This document shows positions 8,799-18,221 of a DNA stretch of 32,408 nt, piece after piece (position 1 is the first letter of the stretch; each line of letters opens with the position of its first letter). The DNA is from Polyangiaceae bacterium (GTDB lineage: Bacteria; Myxococcota_A; Polyangia; Polyangiales; Polyangiaceae): positions 1 through 32,408 of the forward strand of contig JBNKBE010000017.1 of the NCBI GenBank assembly GCA_050287085.1, written 5' to 3'. The position numbers and the translations under genes are program-made. A model generated the notes under the pieces. It was not told the origin of the DNA. It did no database searches and worked only from the letters and a program-made list of their open reading frames with translations.

Positions 8799-10286
8799 AT
8801 GGCACGAAACAACTATTTCAACACTCTTACGATGGCTCAGAAGCTCACCGAGCTCGGCCAATGCCGCTTCATGGATCGGAGCGAGTTTAGCGCGGGCGTT
8901 GACAAGCTCAAGGGCAAGAAGGTCGTCATCGTTGGATGCGGCGCGCAAGGGCTGAACCAAGGTCTGAACATGCGCGACTCCGGCCTGAACGTGAGCTACG
9001 CGCTGCGCGAAGGGGCTATCCAGGAGAAGCGTCAGAGCTACAAGAACGCTGTGGACAACGGGTTCGAGGTCGGAACCTACGCAGAGCTCATCCCGAGTGC
9101 CGATCTCGTGCTCAACCTCACGCCCGACAAGCAACACTCCGGCGTGGTGGAGCAGGTGATGCCGCTGATGAAACAAGGCGCGGCTCTCGCCTACAGCCAC
9201 GGCTTCAACATCGTCGAAGAGGGCATGAAGATCCGCCCTGACTTGACGGTCGTCATGGTCGCTCCGAAGTGTCCGGGCACGGAGGTTCGTGAAGAATACA
9301 AGCGCGGCTTCGGCGTGCCTACGCTGATCGCAGTCCACGGCGAAAATGATCCCAACGGCGACGGCTTGGAGATCGCCAAGGCCTATGCAGCTGCCACGGG
9401 TGGCGATCGCGCGGGAGTCTTGCAGAGCTCGTTCGTGGCAGAGGTAAAAAGCGACCTGCTCGGGGAGCAGACCATTCTATGCGGAATGCTGCAGACGGGT
9501 TCACTGCTCTGCTTCGACAAGATGGTGGGCCAGGGCATCGACAAGGGATACGCGGCCAAGCTCATTCAGTTCGGTTGGGAGACAATTACCGAGGCCCTCA
9601 AACACGGCGGCGTCACCGCAATGATGGACCGCTTGGACAACCCGTCCAAGGTGAAAGCCTTTGAGCTCGCAGCCGAGCTCAAAGAGCTGATGCGCGACCT
9701 GTACAACAAGCATCAGGACGACATCATCACGGGCGCTTTCTCGAGCGGCATGATGGCGGACTGGGACAATGGCGACAAGAAGCTACTCGAGTGGCGCGCC
9801 GCAACGGCTGATACGGACTTCGAGCGCACCGCAGCTGGCTCCGCAGAAATCTCTGAGCAAGAATACTTCGATCATGGCCTGTTGATGGTCGCCATGGTGA
9901 AGGCCGGCGTGGAGCTCGCCTTCGAGGCGATGACGGGCGTCGGCATGAAGCCGGAGAGCGCATACTACGAGTCCCTGCACGAAGTTCCGCTAATTGCCAA
10001 CCTGATCTCACGCAAAAAGCTGTATGAGATGAACAAGGTCATCAGCGACACCGCTGAATATGGCTGCTACCTATTCAGCCATGCCTGCGTACCCTTGCTG
10101 GCCGACTTCATGACCAAGGTCGACCCCAGCACCATCGGTAAGAAGTTCAATCAGAGCACTAACCAGGTGGAAAACCAGCAGCTCATCGCTATCAATGACG
10201 CGATCCGCAATCATCCCGTCGAAATCGTGGGTCGCAAGCTACGCGGCTACATGACCGCCATGAAGGCTATTGCCGTCGGCGGCTGA
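8799..10286 (+). CDS. ilvC: Ketol-acid reductoisomerase, long (class II, E. coli-type) form
   Basis: [74 protein letters not shown]. Confidence 0.98.
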   Translation: MARNNYFNTLTMAQKLTELGQCRFMDRSEFSAGVDKLKGKKVVIVGCGAQGLNQGLNMRDSGLNVSYALREGAIQEKRQSYKNAVDNGFEVGTYAELIPSADLVLNLTPDKQHSGVVEQVMPLMKQGAALAYSHGFNIVEEGMKIRPDLTVVMVAPKCPGTEVREEYKRGFGVPTLIAVHGENDPNGDGLEIAKAYAAATGGDRAGVLQSSFVAEVKSDLLGEQTILCGMLQTGSLLCFDKMVGQGIDKGYAAKLIQFGWETITEALKHGGVTAMMDRLDNPSKVKAFELAAELKELMRDLYNKHQDDIITGAFSSGMMADWDNGDKKLLEWRAATADTDFERTAAGSAEISEQEYFDHGLLMVAMVKAGVELAFEAMTGVGMKPESAYYESLHEVPLIANLISRKKLYEMNKVISDTAEYGCYLFSHACVPLLADFMTKVDPSTIGKKFNQSTNQVENQQLIAINDAIRNHPVEIVGRKLRGYMTAMKAIAVGG

Positions 10287-10310
10287 GGAAGCCCGAAGAG
10301 CAACACTCCC

Positions 10311-10351
10311 CCACGCCCTCGCCTGAGCCCAGGCGGGGGCGTGGCGTTTTT
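10311..10351 (+). terminator. Intrinsic terminator after ilvC
   Basis: CCACGCCCTCGCCTG-agcc-CAGGCGGGGGCGTGG hairpin followed by TTTTT. Confidence 0.8.
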
Positions 10352-10443
10352 GGACACTGAGTTCTGAATGCCGCTCCCATGCTGCGGCACCCAGGCGAGC
10401 GCCGCGACAAGCGCAGCACCTGCGAAGCAAGCCCTTGGCTCGC

Positions 10444-11304
10444 TCAGCGTAGGAAGAGCTCGTAGAGCGTCAAGCAGATCTCAACGACGATGAGCACCAC
10501 GATATACCATTCGACACGCAGACTGCGGTCGTGGTGGAGCAACCCGAGCAACGTTTCGGCGGTCTTGGAAACCAATTGGAATTTGCGTTCCAACGCATTG
10601 TGACGCTCGCTCAGCTCGTACTCGTCTTCCAAACGCGTGTAGAGCAGCTCCAGCTCTGGACGATCCCAGAGCAGCTCCGGCTTCTCCACCACTTCAACGC
10701 GCGCCACGATCTCCGTCTGCACGCGCAACGTACCCCCGATATGACGCAGTAGCTCCTTGGCGGTACGACGCACCGTGCCGTCGCGCTCCAATTGTGAAGA
10801 CAGAGGCTCGATCTTGTCGAATACCCGCGCCATCGACGCTTCGGTGTGGCCCAGCACAACGCTCTTGGCGAGGATGTCCGCGATACACTGCAAGCGCTCT
10901 ACCGAAGGGCGCTCCAGGGTAATGACGCTATCCAGACTGCGCTCTTCGTGCCCGTGCTGAATCTGCACCTGGGCTTCTTCGGACTCCACCTTCTCGAAGG
11001 GTCTCTGGGTAAAACTGGTAAGCTGCCGCAAGAAGGAAGCCTCATCCAGTGGCGGAACGTTGAACAGCACGGCCACCCCATAGCGAAACAGCACCGCGAC
11101 GCCCGCTGGCCCCGTCCGCACGACCGTGGGAGCCACCGCAAGACGGGAACTGCTCTCGAGCGTCCGCAGGTCGAAACGGCCGCCCACGTAAAGCGCACGG
11201 GCCGAAAACGTCGTCGGTAGGAAAACGAGCTCTTCGCCACGCGCGCTCGGACGCGAGGTAGCCATATCTGCTGTTGCCATGTTCGGCGTCCTGCGTCTTG
11301 CCAC
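10444..11304 (-). CDS. RMD1/DUF155 family protein (start could be up to ~13 codons downstream)
   Basis: AVLFRYGVAVLFN, LAKSVVL, EKPELLWDRPELE..Y..LEDEYELSER, RVEWYIVVLIVVEI C-terminal TM. Confidence 0.9.
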   Translation of the reverse strand: MARRRTPNMATADMATSRPSARGEELVFLPTTFSARALYVGGRFDLRTLESSSRLAVAPTVVRTGPAGVAVLFRYGVAVLFNVPPLDEASFLRQLTSFTQRPFEKVESEEAQVQIQHGHEERSLDSVITLERPSVERLQCIADILAKSVVLGHTEASMARVFDKIEPLSSQLERDGTVRRTAKELLRHIGGTLRVQTEIVARVEVVEKPELLWDRPELELLYTRLEDEYELSERHNALERKFQLVSKTAETLLGLLHHDRSLRVEWYIVVLIVVEICLTLYELFLR

Positions 11305-11394
11305 AAACTGACTGCGGTCTTTGGAGGTGGCGCTTCTGTCTTAATACGCCGATCCGCGATTGCGCAGAAGGCCGAAGGACGGCCCGATGTGGAT

Positions 11395-11925
11395 TTAGCG
11401 CGTGGCCCGATTGCCGTCAAACTCGTCGAGCCACCCGGCGCTGGCGTCGGCGAAGGCATCGGCATAGGGCACGTAGGGCTTCAGGTCGAGAATCTGAGTA
11501 CCGTCAAGCAGGTCTACGCGCTCGAGGTAGATACGGCGATCCTCCACGCCCAGCAGACGCGCGGCTGACAACGCCAATGGGTTCGGACGATGCGGCGAAC
11601 GCGTCGCAAAAACCCCGCGCCGAACCCGCGGGCCCCGGGGCGGCATGATCTGCGGCTTGTAGCCCTGATTGAGATGCATCCAACTGATGAGCCAGACGTA
11701 GTCGAAGCCCTCCAAATCCTTCAACGACGACGCCGGAATGTGCGGCAAAAGCTCGATGTATGCGCGCTCATCGGGGCGCTCCGCAGGGTCAGCGGGCACC
11801 ACGGCCTGACGCGGCGTGCCAAAGCGCTCCCGATGAGGGGAGCGAACAAGCGCTATCGGCCGCATCTGGATAGCACTCGACGGCTCAAAGTCGTCAGTGT
11901 AGTTCTTGGGCGGGAGCCTACCCAT
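11395..11925 (-). CDS. trmO: tRNA m6t6A37 methyltransferase TrmO (TsaA) family
   Basis: SPHRERFGTPRQ, LEGFDYVWLI, GVFATRSPHRPNPLALS, DLLDGTQILDLKPY. Confidence 0.9.
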   Translation of the reverse strand: MGRLPPKNYTDDFEPSSAIQMRPIALVRSPHRERFGTPRQAVVPADPAERPDERAYIELLPHIPASSLKDLEGFDYVWLISWMHLNQGYKPQIMPPRGPRVRRGVFATRSPHRPNPLALSAARLLGVEDRRIYLERVDLLDGTQILDLKPYVPYADAFADASAGWLDEFDGNRATR

Positions 11926-12048
11926 GGACAAGCCTGTAGCGGCCAGCGCCGCCCATGTATAGCCCCATCGCGCGATACATGCTCCGGGACCGACGCCTCG
12001 CTCTTGCCATGACTTGAACGCTCGGAGAGCTCGCGCTACACGCGCCGG

Positions 12049-12747
12049 GTGCCTGCTTCACCCCCGCCGCGGCTGAGCGCCCTATTCTTCGACCTCGACG
12101 GAACGTTGATCGACTCGAGAGAGGATATTGCCAGCGCCGCCAACTACGCCCTCGAAGCCCACGGGCTGCCAACGCGGACAACAACAGAGCTCGCAAGCTT
12201 CGTCGGCGACGGAGCCTGCCGACTGATCGAAAGGGCAAGCCAATGGACGCCCGATGCGCCAGGCTTCGCCCCCTTACTGGCCACGTTTCACGAGCGCTAT
12301 CTTGCCCGCGCCGTGGTGTCGACGCGTCCTTACCCAGGCGTCCGCAAAACGCTCATCGACCTGCGTCACCGCTGGCCCGAGCTTCAGCTGGCAGTCTGTA
12401 CCAACAAACCACGCCAAATCACCGATCGGGTCCTCGGGCAGCTCGAGCTCGACAGCTATTTCGCCGGAGTTGTAGGCGGAGACGACTTACCGACGCGCAA
12501 ACCAGATCCAGCGCCGGTGTTGTGGCTGTGTGACGCCCTGAACGTGCCGCCGCAAGCTTGCCTGCTCATCGGCGACGGCGCTCAGGATGTACTCGCAGGG
12601 CAACGCGCCGGCACACGTACGGCAGGCGTCCGCTACGGGATTAAGAGCGAGGACCTATTCGAGACGTGCGCGCCCGATTATGACCTCGACCGCTTCGAGC
12701 AGCTGAGCGAGCTACTGCTCGAGCTACTCGCTGATGGCGTCGCTTGA
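12049..12747 (+). CDS. gph: HAD-family phosphoglycolate phosphatase-like protein
   Basis: FDLDGTLIDS, YPGV, CTNKP, KPDPAP, IGDGAQDVLAG. Confidence 0.8.
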   Translation: MPASPPPRLSALFFDLDGTLIDSREDIASAANYALEAHGLPTRTTTELASFVGDGACRLIERASQWTPDAPGFAPLLATFHERYLARAVVSTRPYPGVRKTLIDLRHRWPELQLAVCTNKPRQITDRVLGQLELDSYFAGVVGGDDLPTRKPDPAPVLWLCDALNVPPQACLLIGDGAQDVLAGQRAGTRTAGVRYGIKSEDLFETCAPDYDLDRFEQLSELLLELLADGVA

Positions 12748-13686
12748 AGCAGATGCCCAAGTCGCGATACCACCTGCGGTACTGTCCTCCGCGGACGCCG
12801 CAGGGAGCGGCAGAGACTCAGGGGCGGCGCTCCCCCCCTTAGAGGTGAACACGGGCAAGACCCGCATGCGCCGCTTCGTCGCCGCCGGGACGGGCAAGGC
12901 CTTTTCGGCCGCCGCCCGAGCCGCCAGCTCCGGATCGAGCAGATGGGATAGGCGCACATTGCCGAGCGCGTTCAGCATGATGGCCCGAAGGTGCGGCTGC
13001 TCAGCCTCCAACTGTGCCAGCAATCGCTTCATATTCTGACGCTGCAGGTTGTCTTGGGAACCACAAAGCGAACACGGCATCAGAGGCGCCTCCAGCATTT
13101 CAGTCAGCTCCGCGAGGTCCCCTTCGGCGCACTCGATCAGCGGGCGGATCACGTCAAAGCGACCGCACTCCGTATGGTAGCGGGCTGGCATCGCTTGCAA
13201 CTTGCCCGCGAAGAAGAGGTTCATCAGGAACGTCTCGAGCGTGTCCTCTCGATGATGGCCGAGGGCGAGCTTGTTGTAGTTCCAGCGCTCCAGCACTGTA
13301 TACAACGCACCGCGACGCAAGCGTGAGCAAAGAGAGCAGAAGGTCTTGCCCTCCGGCGTGCCTTGTTGCACCACCGAATAGGTGTCCTCGCTGACCACTT
13401 CGAATGGATACCCTTGGGCCAGCAACCATTGCACGAAGGCTTCGTTGTCGTAGCCCGGCTGCCGTTGATCTAGATGCAGCGCTCGAAGCTCAAATGAAAA
13501 CGGCACGCTGTGCTGCAACTGCGACAGGAGAACCAGGAGCGCGGTACTGTCTTTGCCGCCGCTGATGGCAACCCCCACTTTGTCGCCCTCGGATAGGAGC
13601 CGGTAGCGCTCGCAGGTGCGGAGCAGTTGTTGCAGCAGGTGGCGTCTCAGACGCTTGAAGGCCTTTGAGGCAGCGGCGGTGGGCAT
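12724..13686 (-). CDS. ttcA: tRNA 2-thiocytidine(32) synthetase TtcA
   Basis: PP-loop SGGKDS, CSLCSRLRRG, LGHHREDTLETFLMN, IRPL, PCSLCGSQ. Overlaps the 3' end of gph by 24 bp. Confidence 0.95.
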   Translation of the reverse strand: MPTAAASKAFKRLRRHLLQQLLRTCERYRLLSEGDKVGVAISGGKDSTALLVLLSQLQHSVPFSFELRALHLDQRQPGYDNEAFVQWLLAQGYPFEVVSEDTYSVVQQGTPEGKTFCSLCSRLRRGALYTVLERWNYNKLALGHHREDTLETFLMNLFFAGKLQAMPARYHTECGRFDVIRPLIECAEGDLAELTEMLEAPLMPCSLCGSQDNLQRQNMKRLLAQLEAEQPHLRAIMLNALGNVRLSHLLDPELAARAAAEKALPVPAATKRRMRVLPVFTSKGGSAAPESLPLPAASAEDSTAGGIATWASASSDAISE

Positions 13687-13811
13687 GATCTGTTCGGAAC
13701 TGCCGCGACTCTAGACCGCCTAGCGCCCAGCGCCAATCTTGACTGACTCGTGGGCCGCACAGGCGCGCGGGCTCGTGCGCCGCGCGATCCGGCGCATCGG
13801 ACGCAATCGAC

Positions 13812-13840
13812 TTGACCCACAGCTGAGCGCTTCCTATTCC
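13812..13840 (+). promoter_or_regulatory. Candidate sigma70 promoter for sodN
   Basis: TTGACC (13812-13817), 17 bp, TATTCC (13835-13840). Confidence 0.4.
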
Positions 13841-13957
13841 TCCTTCTGCGACGTCGGGCCCCGGCCCCCGCGCCGTGTCAACAACCGAACAGTCGTTATT
13901 CTAACCTCGCCTCCGACGTCGTCGCAGGCGCTACAGTTTTCCCCCCCGGAGGCTCTC

Positions 13958-14431
13958 GTGCTCAAGTCCCTATTCGATCTGATTGATAAGCAGTCGCCCG
14001 CACCCCGTGCATCGGCTCATTGCGACGGTCCTTGCGGGATATACGATCCCGCTTCGGCGCGCATTGCAGCGGAAGCCGTGCGCTCCATGACCAAGAAGCT
14101 TCTTGCTCTGGCGCCGGCAGACTCCAGCGATCCCGCCGCCGTGGCAGCGTACCACAACACCGTTTCGCGCTACGTTGCCATCAAAGAGGAGGAGGCCGAA
14201 ACGGCAAAGCGTCAGCTCCTCATCCTGTGGACGGACTACTTCAAGCCGCCACACCTCGATCAGTTTCCGGACCTGCACGACACATTCTGGAAAGCCGCCA
14301 AGCTGTGCTCCGCTTGCAAAGTCGAAGTCAGCGCCCAGCACGCCGACGAATTGATCGAAGCCATCGAGAAGATCCACGGCATGTTCTGGAAGTCCAAGGG
14401 GCGCGACGTTTCGTTCTACCTCGCCGGCTAA
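13958..14431 (+). CDS. sodN: Nickel superoxide dismutase precursor
   Basis: GGAGG RBS then GTG at 13958; leader peptide followed by the nickel hook ASA|HCDGPCGIYDP; LWTDYFK; CSACK. Confidence 0.97.
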   Translation: MLKSLFDLIDKQSPAPRASAHCDGPCGIYDPASARIAAEAVRSMTKKLLALAPADSSDPAAVAAYHNTVSRYVAIKEEEAETAKRQLLILWTDYFKPPHLDQFPDLHDTFWKAAKLCSACKVEVSAQHADELIEAIEKIHGMFWKSKGRDVSFYLAG

Positions 14432-14750
14432 ACACCGATCCCAAGAACTCCGCAGCATCGTGTCGACCCCACAGGATGAGGTCGCCCCGGTGCCGCTGCT
14501 TTGGCTCACTCTTGCTCAGCCCATTCGGCAATGGCTGGGTCCTCGCTCCTTCTTGGCGATCGGTTCTAGGAGCGCAGCTTTCTAGTAGCGCAGCTTTCCA
14601 GAACCGCAGCGACGAGCCCAGTCGCCACAGCAAGAGGATCGGCCGGCGTAGTATGACTTTCCCCTCTGCGGGCCCTAGACCGAGCTGTCCTCCCGGGGCG
14701 TCCACCAAGCGCTCGCCCTGGGAGAGCCCCGCTCTCGGTCCAGATCGGCC

Positions 14751-15125
14751 ATGATCGTTCCAGTCAGTCTGCGTCATGTCCTCCGTGTGTTCGGCATCGC
14801 CCACGAGCTCAGCGCCTACGGGTTAGGTCGACGCTTTCGCTATGTCGCCACCGGGCCCAGCATGTTGCCCACTGTGGAGCCGGGCGATCACCTTCTCTGC
14901 ACCCGAACCCGCCTGCCGGAGCCGGGACAGCTCATCGTTTTTCGGCATCCTCACCGCGACATCCCGGTCCTCAAGAGAGTGGAAGCTACACGAGCGGAGG
15001 CGTTCTGGGCTGTCAGCGACAACCCGGTGGGCAGTGATAGCCGGAGCTTTGGCTGGGTAGCAGGCGAGCGAATACTGGGACGGGTGACGCTGCAGCTCGG
15101 AAGGCGCGGGGTCACCCTTTACTAG
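14751..15125 (+). CDS. sodX: NiSOD maturation protease (S26-like)
   Basis: GPSMLPT..PGD, VFRHP, LKRV, SDNP..SDSRSFGWV; located downstream of sodN. Confidence 0.9.
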   Translation: MIVPVSLRHVLRVFGIAHELSAYGLGRRFRYVATGPSMLPTVEPGDHLLCTRTRLPEPGQLIVFRHPHRDIPVLKRVEATRAEAFWAVSDNPVGSDSRSFGWVAGERILGRVTLQLGRRGVTLY

Positions 15126-15211
15126 GCGCGGCCAGGCCCCCTGAAACACAGCTCCTTGAAACACAGCCCGCGACGTGCGCACAACCGCCCGCCCATAGGA
15201 GGCATGGCCCG

Positions 15212-16285
15212 CTAACCCTGGTCGAGGCCATACCGGGAGACGTCGTATAAACGCCGCACGGTTTCTACACTCGATGTGGCTCTACCCTTCGCAATGTCCC
15301 ACACATATTGCTGGGCCAAGGCGTTGACGGGCGTGGGGACCGAAACCTCTTTGCCGTGGCTGACCACCTCCCCATTGAGAAAGTCCACGGCCGGCGGGCG
15401 CCCGCGCTCCATAGCGCTGAGCATAGACGAGCGCAAACGACGGTATCGATAACCCAAAAGCAGCAACCCGGCGTGCTGCACCAAACGTCGCGGCTTGTAG
15501 CGCCCAAACGCCGAGCGATCCAACCTGAGCCATGTCAAGTCCAGATTGCCCGCCAATGGAACGACACGTACCCCCTCGGCCTGAGCGACCTCCAAAGCCT
15601 CGCTGATAATCTCGAGAGCCAGCATGCGCGCAAACGGGCGCCTGAGCAGAGAACTCACGGGGCCACCGCTCAGGGTACCGAGCGTCGAGATAGCGCAATT
15701 GCCGGCCAGTTTCGCCCAACGAGCCCCGAGCAAGTTGTCGGAAAGCTCCACGGGCCCGACGCACGAGAGCATGTCACCCAGCCGCCGCATCGCTTCGTCC
15801 GTACGACCGTCGAGTCGTCCGAGCACAAATCCCCCTTCGGAGGTGCGATCGAATACTCCGGGCTCGGGCATCGAAGCTCCCCAGGTCACGATCGCACCGA
15901 TGATTTGCTCAGCCGGCACGAGACGCGCCACACGCTGCTCACATAGGCCGTTCTGAAAGCACACGATACGGCCGCCGGGAGCCAAGTGATCGAGCAAAGC
16001 AGGCACTGCGCCCTCGACCTGAGGGGGCTGCAGCGCCAATAAGATGTAGTCGAAGCTACCTTCGAGAGCCTCAGGGCTGGCCACCAAACGCGGATTCGGC
16101 ACGTGAGACAGCGGAGTATGCCCTCGGTGGCGATAACCGTGGGCCCCCACGGCCGCGAAGATCTTCGGGTTGGTGACGAGACCCCAAGTGTCAACGCCCG
16201 AATGGAGCAGATGCCCGGCGACGGTACCGCCAATGGCGCCTCCGCCCACGACCAGCACGCGACAGTTGCCGTTGGGTGCACTCAT
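15212..16285 (-). CDS. Ketopantoate reductase (PanE/ApbA) family oxidoreductase
   Basis: VVGGGAIGG, FQNG, RWAKLAGNC, RSSML..MERGRP..VDFLNG; the canonical Glu is missing (see findings). Confidence 0.85.
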   Translation of the reverse strand: MSAPNGNCRVLVVGGGAIGGTVAGHLLHSGVDTWGLVTNPKIFAAVGAHGYRHRGHTPLSHVPNPRLVASPEALEGSFDYILLALQPPQVEGAVPALLDHLAPGGRIVCFQNGLCEQRVARLVPAEQIIGAIVTWGASMPEPGVFDRTSEGGFVLGRLDGRTDEAMRRLGDMLSCVGPVELSDNLLGARWAKLAGNCAISTLGTLSGGPVSSLLRRPFARMLALEIISEALEVAQAEGVRVVPLAGNLDLTWLRLDRSAFGRYKPRRLVQHAGLLLLGYRYRRLRSSMLSAMERGRPPAVDFLNGEVVSHGKEVSVPTPVNALAQQYVWDIAKGRATSSVETVRRLYDVSRYGLDQG

Positions 16286-16482
16286 TTCCGCAGGGGGAGT
16301 AGAACATGGGAGGCGCGACAGCAACGCCTCAAATCCTCGAAAGTGCCAGGAAATGCGGCCAGCGCCCAATTATTCGGCCTGTGACTCCCGAGTTTAGCCA
16401 CACCAAATCGCGCGCGTTCCCCTGCGCCCCGCCCGCTCGCTTCTTCTGGGCCCGCGCCAACAAAAGGTGATACCAACGGCCC

Positions 16483-17172
16483 ATGCACTACCGCCTTGCA
16501 ATGGTCGCGGCCTCGGCCGCTCTGGTCTCCGCGGCTTGTGGTTCGCCGGCCGTCCCTTTTGACACGCTGGAAGCCTCGAATGCCGTGGTCTACCGACTAC
16601 AAAACTACGAGCCACCACCGCCGCCCGCAGCGGCGCCGGCCGCGGCGCCCCAGGGCATGATCCCCGGCATTCCTCCGGAAATCCAAGCCTGGGCTCAGCA
16701 GGCGGTGCCTGCCCTGCAACAGATGATTCCCCCCGGCGTCCTGCCACCGGGGCTGATCCCGGGACTCCCCGCGGCCGCGGTTCCAGCCCCGACTCCTGAT
16801 GCTCCTCGTTTTCACGGCTTCCGAATCCTAGAGCAGCAGCCGCTCATGGACTCCGAACTGAAGGAAGATCTGGCCGAGCTATTTGGCGACCCCGACAGCT
16901 TCCAGCCCCAGCACGCAAACTGCCTCTATGCCGAGATGGGCCTGAGCTTTTCGGCGACCCCGGGCGCGCCACCGAACGATGTCCTGGTTTCTTTTTCCTG
17001 CAATCAGGTGCAGGGACACAACTTCATCTGGCCGCACCCAACCACCGGACTCAAGAGCTCCACCGTGGAAAAGCTGGCGGAGATGGTTGCCAAGATGTTC
17101 CCTCCCCAGGCCATGCCGGCTCCCATGCCGCCGGCCGCCGAAAACAGCGCGTTGCCTGTAGTCCGACTCTGA
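16483..17172 (+). CDS. Pro-rich lipoprotein, hypothetical
   Basis: Lipobox LVSAA-C, Pro/Gln-rich insert, globular C-terminal part with two Cys (NCLYAE..SFSCNQV). Confidence 0.8.
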   Translation: MHYRLAMVAASAALVSAACGSPAVPFDTLEASNAVVYRLQNYEPPPPPAAAPAAAPQGMIPGIPPEIQAWAQQAVPALQQMIPPGVLPPGLIPGLPAAAVPAPTPDAPRFHGFRILEQQPLMDSELKEDLAELFGDPDSFQPQHANCLYAEMGLSFSATPGAPPNDVLVSFSCNQVQGHNFIWPHPTTGLKSSTVEKLAEMVAKMFPPQAMPAPMPPAAENSALPVVRL

Positions 17173-17422
17173 AAGCCCCGCGCGGAGAGACGCGGTCCCG
17201 GCGCCGAGCGCATGAAAGTGCGCCCAAAATCGATCTCAAAAAGCGCGTTGGAGCGCCGGTTCGACGCTCCAGCGACGCTGAGTTTCACAAATGCGCCCCT
17301 TCTCCGGTCGCGCTGTTCTCAATAGGAGCTCCTCGAGCCCGCTGAGCCTGTGGCTGCACCACGGTGGCCCGGTTCCGCGAAAAGTGCCGAGCACAGAGCG
17401 CGCGCCGTGGTACTAACTCCAC

Positions 17423-18205
17423 GTGGACCGCGGTGGCACAGGTCTCCCTCTCGAGCCGGAGCCAAACGAATCGCAATTTCTGGAATTGCAGCATCTCGGC
17501 TTGTCCTTCGACGACGCCCCGAGGCCTGAGGCGTCAAATCCCAAAACACCTAGCTCTAGTGTAAAAGCCACCGCTGCCAGGGCGCCTAGCCCGACAACGC
17601 CCCAACCGCCCTTCGACTCGGCGGCACAGCCACCCGCGTCACTCTTGCCTTCAACCCCGCGCATGCGCCCGACCAAAAACCCCCGCTTAGAACGCCTGGT
17701 GCGAGAGCACATCGGTTTTGTCGAACGGGTGTTGCGCAACCTCGGAGTGCCCGAAGCCGAGTTGGACGATGCGGTCCAAAGAACCTTCATCGTCGTCGGA
17801 ACGCGACTGAACGACATTAGGGAGGGGGCTGAAAAAAGCTTCTTGTTCAAGTCTGCGCGCCACCTGGCCTCCCACGTGAGACGCAGCCAGCGCCGGCAGC
17901 GCCAAATGACGCCGCTGGACGAAGAGTTGCCCGCCGTCGACGAAGGACCGGAAGAGCTGACCTCGCAGAAACGCGCGAGAGAGGCACTGGACCACATTCT
18001 CGACGGCATGCCAGACGACTTGCGCACCGTTTTCGCTCTCTATGAGTTCGAGCAACTCCGAACGCCGGAGATTGCTGCGCTACTAGACATCCCCGGCGGC
18101 ACGGTGGCGTCGCGACTGCGCCGCGCCCGAGAACACTTCCAAGCGCAGATCAAGCGAATGGAATCCGCTGCCAAGCATCGTCAATCCTGGAAACTTAGCT
18201 CTTAA
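17423..18205 (+). CDS. ECF RNA polymerase sigma factor (start 17423 or 17663)
   Basis: Region 2 HIGFVERVLRNLGVPEAELDDAVQRTF..SFLF; region 4 LRTVFALYEFEQLRTPEIAALLDIPGGTVASRLRRAR. Confidence 0.92.
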   Translation: MDRGGTGLPLEPEPNESQFLELQHLGLSFDDAPRPEASNPKTPSSSVKATAARAPSPTTPQPPFDSAAQPPASLLPSTPRMRPTKNPRLERLVREHIGFVERVLRNLGVPEAELDDAVQRTFIVVGTRLNDIREGAEKSFLFKSARHLASHVRRSQRRQRQMTPLDEELPAVDEGPEELTSQKRAREALDHILDGMPDDLRTVFALYEFEQLRTPEIAALLDIPGGTVASRLRRAREHFQAQIKRMESAAKHRQSWKLSS

Positions 18206-18221
18206 CCCCTTCGGCCCTGAC

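Noticed and set aside
13739..13957. Extended SodN N-terminus
   Set aside because: GGAGG plus GTG at 13958 gives a normal-length NiSOD leader.
15141..15167. TGAAACACAGC direct repeat between sodX and the panE-like gene
   Set aside because: Two short copies between convergent genes; probably local slippage with no supportable function.
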